From assembly GCF_964355755.1 (NCBI RefSeq), contig NC_092671.1, positions 36,528,304 through 36,592,303 on the forward strand: DNA of 64,000 nucleotides. Direction: 5' to 3'. Below the pieces are notes generated by a model. The model was not told the DNA's origin. It searched no databases and saw nothing but the letters and a program-made list of their open reading frames with translations. The DNA is from Antedon mediterranea (Eukaryota > Animalia > Echinodermata). The position numbers and the translations under genes were made by a program. Positions 1 through 12,200 of this stretch are shown here, piece after piece; position 1 is the stretch's first letter, and the number at the start of each line of letters is the position of its first letter.

Positions 1-1110
1 TTTTATAATATTGATTTGAAAAACATGAGTAGTTGCTGCTTCTATCTTAATTAATTCATTTATTTCGAATAGTACATCTATATACAAACATACAAAACAA
101 AAAGAGAACAATTCACCAAGAAATTAACAAAAGCATCTTCCACAAAAAAACAACCTAAAATATCCTAATGTTTAAGGCTAGACAGAACCATTAGATTAAA
201 CCATTTAAAGGTTGGTCTGATTTTGGTACAACATTTATAGTTTGTTTGTTTACATTTTGTTATATATTATACATTTTATATAATTTTTTGTGCAATTATT
301 ATAAGGCGACAGTATTTTCTAGTCACGATTTTATAACTTTTTTTTATATCTATTTTTTTTTTTTTTTTTTGTGTATAAATATATCTCTGATGTTCTTGTT
401 TCTTTGTTATATCGTTTTTAAATATTTCTTGAAACGTTTTCCGTCATTCCAACTTTACGCTTTCCATGATTTGTTTCCATATTTTTCTGTTTTGGGTAGG
501 ATGGTTTGTTATTGTGCTAAAGTCTACATTTTTTCCTTTTAAATCGTTTTATATTTAGTTTATCAAGTTTTCTTTTGGTCTTCCTGGTGTCTTTTTACTT
601 TCTTTTCAGTTTCCTTTATTGTTTTGTATTGTATTTTTGTCTCATCCGATAGTCTAATTATCTGTTCATACCATTTACATTACCTCACTGAAAGAGATGC
701 TGTTTCCGATTTTTAATCTTTTAATTTTGTATATTTATGTACCGATCGATCCCTTATACTAATTTTGAGTATTCAGAGACTTTTTTATAAGCTTGTACAA
801 ATGTTTTACTTTGTGCAATATTTGTTGTATTTCGATGTGTTTTAAGGGGCAACTGACTCTTTGAGTTATAGTAATTGTTTTGCTTTAGTTGCCTCTGACC
901 ATTGTGCTTTGTTTCTGTTCTGTATCTGTTTATTGGTCAAATAAATAAATGGAATGAAATAATAGTGTTTCATTTAATTCTTTTACTACATTCCTTTTGT
1001 TTTGTTATTTTGTATTTGTGTTACTCACTCTATCTGTTAGTTATGTGTTGCAATATAACTATAGTAAAAGGCATATGATGGCAAATTAGCCAATTTCCAT
1101 GATACACTAA

Positions 1111-1314
1111 AGCCTGTTTTCCTGTCGATGTTATTCGACGCTATCGTCGTTGATCGTTAACAGTTCAACGACGATCGTTTGAAAACGATCAAGTTGAATT
1201 TATAACGATAGCGAGTACCTTTTTCTGTAAATCGTTAACATTTCAATGTTTACGTAGAAGATCGCCAATTATTGTTAACGATAGCGTTGAATAACGTCGA
1301 CAGGAAAACAGGCT
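1111..1314. mobile_element. MITE, probably Harbinger-type
   Basis: ~37-bp TIRs AGCCTGTTTTCCTGTCGAYGTTATTCRACGCTATCGT, flanked by TAA/TTA. Confidence 0.75.
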
Positions 1315-1342
1315 TTAGAGACCGTTTTTTTCTAATCTAAAG

Positions 1343-1508
1343 ATTTGCACACTTTGTGTTGGGTGAAAGTCACTTGTCTGGTGACGAGATCACCGCGTAT
1401 GATTCGGATGTGTCGTTGATAGAAGATGATGACGACACGGCAGAAGATAACACCTCTGATATCATGACTGACGACATTAGCTATCAAGAAGAGGGCGTAA
1501 TAATATGA
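1343..1508 (+). CDS. Probable terminal coding exon of an unidentified gene beginning upstream of the window (acidic C-terminus)
   Basis: Pyrimidine tract and AG at 1341-1342, then an open frame FAHFVLGESHLSGDEITAYDSDVSLIEDDDDTAEDNTSDIMTDDISYQEEGVII ending at TGA 1506-1508. GC content is raised over the flanks and AATAAA motifs occur downstream (~2417, ~2497). No family recognised. Confidence 0.5.
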
Positions 1509-3231
1509 GGAAGCCAACCAACCAGTTGATGGTACGGAGACAGAAGCCATATTGCTAGAAACAGTCATGGTAGTGGTGGTTTCTTCTATCAAAACCATGC
1601 AGTTAAAATGTTTCTACAAAGTTGTTTTAAACTTTTATGATGGCAGTTTACAGGTTTTAAGCCCTTTTTTAAAGTGGTGTTGATACACTATGCGAAAAGA
1701 AGTAAGGGGGAATATAAAATGTTTTAAACATGAGTGCCATCATTCGATACCTAATTGTTGATCATGGTGTTTTATTTACAGTGATAATATTTAGAAGAAT
1801 AACTAAAGCTCTATAAATTCATGTTAAGAATTGTCTGAACTTGGAAAAGGGTAACAAAATAGGGTAAATAATTATTAAAGCTCTGTCTACACTATCAAAC
1901 TAGTTTGACAAAAGAAAGTGTGGTGTGCCCAAATATGGTGGTGATATGCCCAGATATGGTAGTGAAAGGACATCATCATGTCCATATATGGGCACATCAC
2001 ATTATTTTGTCACATAAAGTTTGATAGTGTTGAAAGAGCTTTAGTCTATGTTCACACGGAATCTGGATGCAGACCCGATGGCCAGATAAAAAAACGTGTG
2101 ATGTTTAGAAATACAATCATTCATACACTAACTAATTTCAGATTCTATAGTGAATGCACCACATGAAAAACATAACATAGATAGATTTCTATCCAGTCAT
2201 TAGACCGAATTCGGTGTAAAAATAGATTTATCGGATGGGCATTCTATAGAAGCTTTAATTTAATATATATAATTAACATTTATGTTACATTAATACATTT
2301 CTGTTGACTAAATGCCACAATCTCAATTTTTTTTTTTTCGTTTTAATGTTGTAGCAGTTAGACATCATTTTACTGTTTTAAAGTTTGTTTTCTGTGAAGA
2401 TGTTTTAAATATTACAAATAAAGTTAGTTTTTTGGTTTTATTGTTGTAGCTGTTAGTACTGTTTTATTGTTGATATTTTGAATAAATTATATACAAATAA
2501 AAAAGGCTACTTTTTTGCCGAGTTATAATTTAATATCTCTTGAAATATAACAAATTACAATATTAATCAAAGCCAAAGCTTGTAATAGCCACAAAGATCA
2601 CTACAGTAGATGTGACACTCCTACAATAGGGACTTTTAGATTTACGTGAACGAAGACCATGTCCACATGGCTCGTAGTCGACTGTTGCTCGTAGACAGAT
2701 ATACGAACGTTTAGATTAAGTGGACGTTTATGTGCTAGTGAACGTATGACGTAAAGATCTCTGGGCCAGTGGAAGTACACAAGCTTAGGTCAAGTTAAGT
2801 GTGTTGCTTAGGCCTAAATTCTTAATTTTCTGAACAAAGGCTGGCGTCCTAATGATAAGACCCAAGCAATAACCTGTATTATTAAAAGCTTTATTTAAAT
2901 TAACCAATTTAAATCAACAATTCAGTTTGCAAATATAATTTCACTGAAAATCACTTTGCAGTGTTTTGACGTCATATGTCCACCCGTACTCATGTACAAC
3001 AAAATGCCATTGAACAAGTGCTCAAATTTCTCAGTCGAAGCTCCAGTCACCTAGCGCATGTGCATATTATAATTATGATGTAATATGGTAGTAATCGAAA
3101 ATCTAAAGTGTTGTTGACAACAGAGAAACTCTTTACAGCACTACACAATAATTATACAGTATATAAATAAGTAATAAATCTATAGTGTAAATCCCTGGTT
3201 ATATACAGCATACAAATTACATGTTTATTTT

Positions 3232-6200
3232 TCATTCAATCCATCCCATATGTTGATTTAATTCAGAAATTATTCCATTCGCCTGTTCAATCAAATTCCT
3301 AAAAAAAGAAGAAAAAATAATTACTTATAAATCAAAGACGTATTTAGGGCTCGATATTTTACTAGCCCGGCATACAAAGGCCAGTACTATTGGCCGTGGG
3401 CTAGTCACAGTAACTTCCTATAAGCCTGGTTGTCTAGAGTAAAATTGGGACGAAATGCAGTAATATACAGTATAATTTGTGAATGAGTTGGTTTGTTAAA
3501 CAGCCAGTTGGCTTGTGAACCTCGCAATGAACTAGTCGAAAATGTTCGCATTTGATTTACCACCACCTACCTTTCACTTTCCTCATTATCTGTCCGATTA
3601 AGTTTCGCAATCTCTTGCTGAACCAACAGCACGCACTCATTTAAGCCGTTGGTTTTCTTACCAGCTAAAATTAAACAAATTACACTTTATATGTAGTTTT
3701 ATATAGATTAACATGCACATAAATTCTAAACTGCCAGTGATATACTGAAAATGAATTATATATACATACTTTTAAAAGGTAATGTTACCAAAAGCTGTGT
3801 ACTACTATTAAATTAGTATTACAGAATACAGAAATTTATTTGTCCAAAAGGAAATTCGTTTCGTTAACAAGCTCTCAAACAATTAATTAAAAATATATAA
3901 AAAGTCATGAATACAAAAATACAAGATCTTATAAAAATAAGAATAAACATCAAAAAGACAAGAATATAAAAAATATATATCGTAACATATAAGATATATA
4001 AAAATATAAAAATATATATTAGAGTATGACAACCAAAATATACCTTTTGCAATTGTGTAGACAATGTAAACAGCTGCTAGCAATCCATCAATCCCTCGTA
4101 GGCCTCCAACACTGACACACTGGTGCAGTTCACCCACAAAGCTCCTAAAAAGGTAAAATTTAATTGATTGTACTTAAAACCTGGTTCCACATGCCCGGGT
4201 CAGGCGCGTTTTTATAATTTGGATGAACAATTTTTTTTACAGAAAACTCCTACAGCGGGAAAAAAAAACTATCACTGACACAATCCACATAGTTTTATCG
4301 ATTGACATACTGCAGCACACGTTGTCAAATCATAGTAAACTAGCCCCTGGACACCTTTCCCACCACCGCCATGTCAGATCATGTCTAAGGCCCTGTTCCC
4401 ACTAGATATTTGACCATATATAAGCAATTGTTATTGATTACTTAATTGAAGTTGAGTTATCTTTTGTGGTTGATAGGATGCTACTGGGAAACGGACAGAT
4501 TTTAATGACTGAAAACAAATTTTTTTAAAAAAAACGAGATAATCCAGTGTCAAAAGTGCCTTTCTTTTAGCAATATGAAGCTTACAGCAAAAACGAAATG
4601 TCAAAATGATGAATGCTGTTTGATGTTACTGTACATGGTTATGAGTTAAGCTTGGTTCCCACTAGAACGTAACGCAAGGACGTAAACGCAACGCAAGCGT
4701 TTTAACCAATGACAAGCAAAGTTATAGACAGTTAGCAATCACAAGCGAATAAGCCATCGCTTGTGATTGGTCAATTCACTTGCGTTGCGTCCTTGCGTTG
4801 CGTCGCTAGTGGGAACCACGCTTAAGACCTATGTGGTGTGATCTTGCCAAAAATGATCGTAAATTTATGATGCAGGGCTAAAGTTTGGATCGCGATGTAA
4901 TGTAGAATCTTGTGTGACACATGCGTTGTGTTCATTACAAAGAGGAAACCCTGGACTGAGCTGCATTTCTAAAACTGAATTTTAGGACGCAAATTTGCGG
5001 AAAGCTTTTCTAATACATCTCATATACTTTGAAGCTTCTTACCCTAGTATCGAGACCTTGCTGTTTACCAGCGTCATAAGAAATGATGACAGAATCGGTA
5101 AATCACTAAAACTTTCACTCAGCTGGAGTTTTCCTTCCTAAAATAACAGTTTTTATATCATTTGATTTACAAAATTATAAGTAAAGAATTTCTTTATGTT
5201 GATAAAATAGTTAAATTAAGAGTATTAGTTTACATTCACAAAGATTATAACCTGAAATGTGACTTTTTTCAGATAACAAATCTAAAGCTCTGTCTACTAG
5301 TTTGAAAAAAAGTGTGATATGCTCAAATATGGTAGTGATATGATCAAATATAGTAGTGGTATGCTTAAATATGGTAGTGGTATGCTTAAATATGGTAGTG
5401 ATATGCTTAAATATGGTAGTGATATGACATTATCATGTTCATATATGGGCACATCCAGTTTGTTTTGTCAAATAAAGTTTGATAGTGTAAACAGGGCTTT
5501 ACTTGACTTGAGAGTTTCTGGTTACAACTGTGGACAGAGCTTATTCAGTACAATAATAACAATATTAAAAGCACATTTAATAATTTTTACCTCATGAACA
5601 ATGCTGGTCAGTTCAGCGATAGTGGCGGCCATGATAGTAGCCAATACATGCTGGCAATTGTCAGGGTTGTTTCTGTGATAGCATATAAGAGTCTCCATTA
5701 ATCCAGGTTTCACAGCGGACAGTATCTAAACAAGACAACATTAAAATAAATAATGATATTGATTATTATACAGTGTATATAAATTAAGGCATTGACAAAC
5801 TAAAAATTGGCCAGTGAATTTGTGCTGATTGCTAGCTGCATAATGGGAGTATGTTTCCATACGTGACGGTGTTTGATTAAAAAAATGACAGCGCATTGAT
5901 ATACAAGAATGAACTATTATTATTGTTATATATGAATATTTATTCCGACCTTTTCAACATCTTCTTTTGCGTCTTTAATCTTCTGAGCCAGTAACTTTAT
6001 AATATGCATAATCAGAAGAGGTATGATGTCATCCTCTCTAGCTTCATCATTGGATGTCATTAACTTTAGACACACCTGGTACAAAACCGACACTACTGAA
6101 GGCATTAACTCAACGGGAGGATCTGAAAATGCAAACAAAATTCTGCTAAAAAATCTGGAACCTGGATAAAGCTCTGTCTACACTATCAATCTTTATGTGA

Positions 6201-9200
6201 CAAATGTGATGTGCCCATACATGGACATGATGGTGTCATATCACAACCATATTTGGGCATATCGCAATTTTTTTGTCAAACTAGTTTGATAGTGTAGACA
6301 AAGCTTCAGCTCAATTAAAAAAGTAAATTAAATACACTGTAACTGTATTGCATTACCTTTTTGTAAGATAATTGCCAGAAACCCAGCTGAATTCTTCGCA
6401 ATTTCCACAGTAACTTGACCAACCATGAAGGCTTCTGTATTTACTGTCAGGAAGCACTGTAAATAAATATCATTTTTATGAAGTTTTCTTTTTTAGTTAA
6501 ATTTTAATCAGCAACGTTGTTTATACCAATCTAATATTTGCCGGATGTATTTTCTACTATTTTTAACTTCTTATTTTAAGTGTTTTATATTTGTTGTTGT
6601 GGGATGTTTGTTACATTCTGATGTATTTTATTTGAAATAAAGGATGATTTTATAAAATATATTAGTATAGTTTATCTAAAAATAATACCATAACCCTGTA
6701 TCTCCCTATTAGCTTAAAAAACTACACTATCAAACTAGTTTGACAGAAAAAAGTGTAATGTGCCCAAATATGAGTGATATACCCAAATATGGTAGTGATA
6801 TGACATCATCATGTCCATATATGGTCACATCACATTAACACAGATGTAAATTTGAAAACAGCTCCAATACATTACTTAAAATTACTCCAAACATCATACC
6901 TTAACCCATCGACACTGTGTTGAGTGAAATGTGATTGGTTCGGAGAAAATATCAACCGCAGTCATGAATGAGGTCAAAAATTCACCACACAAGTCTCTAT
7001 CAGTTTCAGTCTTCTATATTCAATAAAAAATATATTTTAAATATTTACTTTTTTTATCTTATTTATTTATTCATTTTGACAGGTGTGTGTGTAATTCATA
7101 GCTTTATATAAGAGTTACTTAGTTAATGTCATAATATCTCTAAAGCTCTGTCTACTCTATCAAATCATTTTGACAAAAAAAATGTGATGTGCCCATATAT
7201 GGTAGTGATATGCTTAAATAAGGTAGTGATATGACATCATCATGTCCATATAAGGGCACATCAATATTTGTTGGTAGTGTAGACAGAGCTTTAAATGAAG
7301 TTGTACGGTTGATCATACCTGCTCAGCTTGAATATGCATCAATGTTTTACAGTATGAGTAAATGACTTGTTCCAAAACAGCTTCCATGTCTTTATTCATA
7401 GGTTTGTCCATCTGAATAGATTCCTTAAAAATAAAAGTACTTTTATTGTAGAGTATCTACAACAATAGAGACTTTACGAAACATGAAGGGAAGCCACAGG
7501 ATGGTGCTCATAAATAATTTATGCATGAGCTTTAACAAAGTTGGCAGAGCTTAGTGTGAAATCCTGTCGTCTTAACTTTTTGAGGACGATCAAGTTGCAA
7601 TTTTCTCGTTTACGGAGAACAACTAGAAATAATGTGTATATAACCTTTAATATACAGTTCAAATTACACTTAAACGTGGAATTTTCAAAACTCTAATAAT
7701 ATTTAGAGCGTCCCGCGTCACAAGAAAGGGGAGGGCTCGGAGAGATAAACTGCCGGTCGTCATCTTCGCGCAAGGGTGTGTAACTAATAAAATGTTGACT
7801 GTATATGATTTTACGCTCTAGCGAACACATTCGTTGTCCTCCCCTAACCGTCGTGTTTCGAAAAAGTCCCTAATAGCAGACCTTGTCATAACATAACCTG
7901 AACTAGAGATTGATTGATTGAAATATATATTTATACTGGGTAACCTCTTCAGTCAATGACTGGTCTCCCAGAGGGCCCAGTTGGTGATCAGTGGCTGTGA
8001 TGTACTAATACACCGGGGTAACCCCCTACTCGTCTCGAAAGATGTACTAGGTTCTTTAAAGTGCACACGAGCCAGATGTGTACACTGGACCTACGGTTTA
8101 TAGTCCTTATCCGAGAAGACTCGTTCTACCACCAGAACCATGGAGTGAGTGAGCCTCGAACCCCTGCCGTTGTTATGGCTAGGTAATTACGGTTCCACTG
8201 TCTTATTGTTATTGTTATCAACTGCAGGTCCACATGACTGCAAAGACTGACATTCTAGTTGTGCCAGAGGAAATCTGACATTGCCTCATATCACACTGAC
8301 CCCTTCATTGCACTGGTCCACACTATCAAACTGAAGTTTGCTAGTGTGGACCATTTTGATTTTCTTTTGCTATGGATCATGTGAATTTTAAATCAAATAT
8401 TTTTTTTCTTTTATATGTTTTCTTTTTCTTTTATAAATAATTTACTGTTTTACAATGTGTTCTCCTAAGGGGGGTGAATGAATTTGAAATTTACTGTACT
8501 TCAGTTTCTTACCATCAAAGTTTTTAGAGCTGACAACACCTGCATTAAGTTCGTCAAGTTTGCTTGCATCATGAATGCTCTCGTAGTCGGCTGACCTAAC
8601 AACCAATTAAGTAGCCTCAATGCTACTTTACACTGTTCTATGCTTTCTTTCTCTTCGTCTTCATTCTTCAATAAATAAAATAATGACAAAACTAAATAAA
8701 ATATATTGTACTATCCGAAAGGTGAAGTCGACCCTAAACCGTCTCGGCCAAAGTCAAGTCGGTCCCACATCAAATCGGCCTAACATCAACTAGGGGCCGA
8801 CTGGGATCGAATTTCCCCCCAAAACCAGGCTCATAAGGAACAAACAGTCCTAAATACTTTTTACCATTAGAAAGACAATCTGTATACCAGACTTTCTAGA
8901 AAACCAGACAAAAGGTGTCCAGTTAGGCTGAGAGTTGACTGTATTGTGGTTTTAACTGAATGTGTTATAAACAGTTGGGAGCATAATAATTTGCAGGATG
9001 GACATTAAAACTATCAAATAAATGACGGCATTCTATTAAGGAATTTAAGATAATGATTTGTGAGGGCATGTGGCGCAGTTTGTTGGACGTTGAATTACTG
9101 AACGTGAGATTGTGGTTGGAATCCAACTCTCACTGCACTACTTGTATCCTTAGGCAAGACACTTTACTTACATTTGCCTCTCTCCACCCAGGTGTATAAA

Positions 9201-12200
9201 ATGGGTACCGGTTAGATCAAGACACAACTTTGCGCGGATTACTAGCTGCATTATGGGAGTATGTTTCCATACGCGTTTGATCCAAAAAATGACAGGGGTA
9301 ATAATGTGCAGCACATTGAGAGCTTGCTTATATGCGCTATATAAGAATGAACTATTATTATTATGGGCCACAAGGCCCGAGGAGGTTAGGTGAGGTAAAA
9401 AACACTAACAGCTTGTGTAATATCCATACTAGGATCGAATTCCGTTTCGTTCATCGTCGTTTCTTGTAGCAACGTGCAATTGACGTTCATCAGTTTCCTT
9501 CCTTTTCTCGTTTTATTGCTCTTGTTTCTCTGTTGGTATTGTGGCTATAATCAAATCAAAAATATATTCTTTGTCAGTTTGACGTTAGTTTAGATTTATG
9601 AATTCAGTATGCCAGGATTTAATATGGAGCTTTCAATGGAACTGTAAAAGCCAATTTACACAGATGAGCAGCAATGGTAATAAAAGAGAGAATATACGTT
9701 ATTCCTTTTGACCATTTACATACAACACAGGATAGAATACAGATTCTACATTGGACAAGCTACATGGTTTTCAGCTTACCATTACCACTTGTCTATTTAA
9801 ATTGTCCTTAAAGCTATTGCTGATCATTAGAGACCCTCAGAGAGAGGTTCACAAGACAAACATATACACAAGATGCTCTACATAAACAAAGTCTTATTAC
9901 AAGTCTTTGGGAGTGGAGTAGTAATTTCGTCCTTAGAAAAAATCCTGACATGTGACGGGACTTGAACCCAGGACCCTTGGAGTGGTAGCCAAGCATCATA
10001 ACCACTAAGCCACAACTGCACTGCAACCTACAAAGCTCTTTGTAAAGCAATAGTGATATTCTTAAGCCCTGTCTACACTATCAAACTAGTATGACAAAAA
10101 AAGTGTGATGTACCCAAATATGGTAGTGATATGACCAAATATGGTAGTAGTAGTATGACATCAGCATGTCCATATATGGGCACATTCACAAGGTTAAAAA
10201 AACAAACCTTAATGTTTTTTAGCCGCTGATGAATAATGTTAAGAATGTCCTCTCCCTTTCCCCAGCTAACAAGACATTCAAGAAGCGGAGCAATATCATT
10301 CATTGAGCTCTCAGAACTTATCAACTCTAATTTCTTCAGACAATTTTCTCTAAAATTAATGATAAAGAGCAAATATAAAAAACACACTAATTAGAACAAC
10401 AAGAAAAAACAATCTTAAGTGCCAAAATTATTGAAAATAAGTTAGCACAGTTGGTAGTGTGACAGTAACAGGTTTTGAAAACCCAACCCCTAGAGCTCCG
10501 TCTACACTATCAAACTTTATGTGACAAACAAAACATGATGTGCCCACATATAATAATAATATCCTGGATTTATATAGCGCCTAATGTAATGAAACCTCTA
10601 AGCGCTGAACACTATTACCCCAGTCATTTTTTTTGGATCAAACACGTATGGAAACATACTTCCATAATGCAGCTAGTAATCAGCGCAAAGTTGTGTCTTG
10701 GTCTAACATGATGATGATGTCATATCACTACCATATTTGGGCACATCACACTTTCTTTGTCAAACTAGTTTGATAGTGTAGACAGAGCTTAATAACCCTT
10801 TTAACCTTTTGCTCCGGCAGTCACTCAATTATACATAAAGTACACACATTGATACGGTTTCGATCCAAGTCGGCCCTAAACCGTCTCGGCCAAAGTCAAG
10901 TCGGCCTCAAGTCAAGTCGGCCTCAAGTCAACTCGGCCTCAAGTCAACTCGGCCTCAAGTCAACTCGGCCTCACGTCAACTCGGCCAAAAAATAATCGGT
11001 CAACTCGGCCCCGTTAAAGTATGGAACGCAAAAAGTGCAAATGAAGGGGATTGATAAAATAATATTTCTTCAGAATTTTTTAACTATAAATAATTCTGAC
11101 TTTTAATGAATATTAATATTTAGACAATAATATATTTAGCAAAAAAAATAGGAATGATTTCACCAACTTTCCTTTATTAATACGTTTAATAAAATTTCAA
11201 ATTGCACAATTGAAAACAATTCGTAGCTGCGCCTCCCTGCGCCTTTGGCAGCTTTTTCGATATCTACAACTGCTACGTGTTTTCACTGACCGGGGGATTC
11301 CCCTTTTTTTTAAACGCAAATCATGGACAAAAACGATGTACAATCATTTTTTCTATGGCCAAATGGTGGAACGTAGGCCTCCGTCTTCGATTTACTAAAA
11401 TGCGGTACCTGCACGTGTTTTTTTAACACGCGGGTACTTATATTCATATCGGCAATGAGTTCATTTTTTTATATGATAGCCTATTATTTAATTATATTTT
11501 TTTTTTATTCATTTTTTTTAAAGCGTGGATAGTAAGAATCATAATAATATTAAGCACTTTTTGCGTTCCATACTTTATTGTGGCCGAGTTGACCGATTAG
11601 TTTTTCGCCGAGTTGACGTGAGGCCGAGTTGACTTGGGGCCGAGTTGACTTGGGGCCGACTTGACTTGAGGCCGACTTGACTTTGGCCGAGACGGTTTAG
11701 GGCCGACTTGACCTGCACCCCCTTACCCCATTGATACTCACTTAATATCAGGTAAAGCCGAGCCAGGCAAGAAGCTGGCTAAATATAGAACCGCCTCTAA
11801 TGATCGGCCACCCTGTGGTATAAGAAATTATAAAACCTATTTTAGTTCAACAGTAATAGCAAACATAAAGGTCTGTCTACACTATCAAACTTTATGTGAC
11901 AAAAAAATTTCATGTGCTCATATATAGACATGATGATGTCATATCACTACCATATTTGGGCACATCACACTTTTTTTGTCAAACTAGTTTGATAGTGTAG
12001 ACAGAGCTTAATAGTCTGCAGGACTATTTTTTTAAAGAGATTATTTATACAACAATCGTTCTCCTTTACCACGAAAAATAAGTAGGGTTATTATCAGTTA
12101 TTGTTGGAAATGTTTATATTTTATAATAAACAATATGTTAAACTCGGAATTACTTTTTAACATTTTTAATAAATTGAACTTAAAATTTGTTTTTTATTCT

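Noticed and set aside
1332-1598. Minus-strand 88-aa ORF
   Set aside because: More likely the antisense shadow of the plus-strand acidic exon, which has a proper acceptor and stop.
5319-5597. ORF with MLKYGS(D/G) heptad repeats
   Set aside because: It is the translation of the 21-bp internal repeat of the MITE. The recurring KCDVP.YGHDDVI peptides in other ORFs have the same origin.
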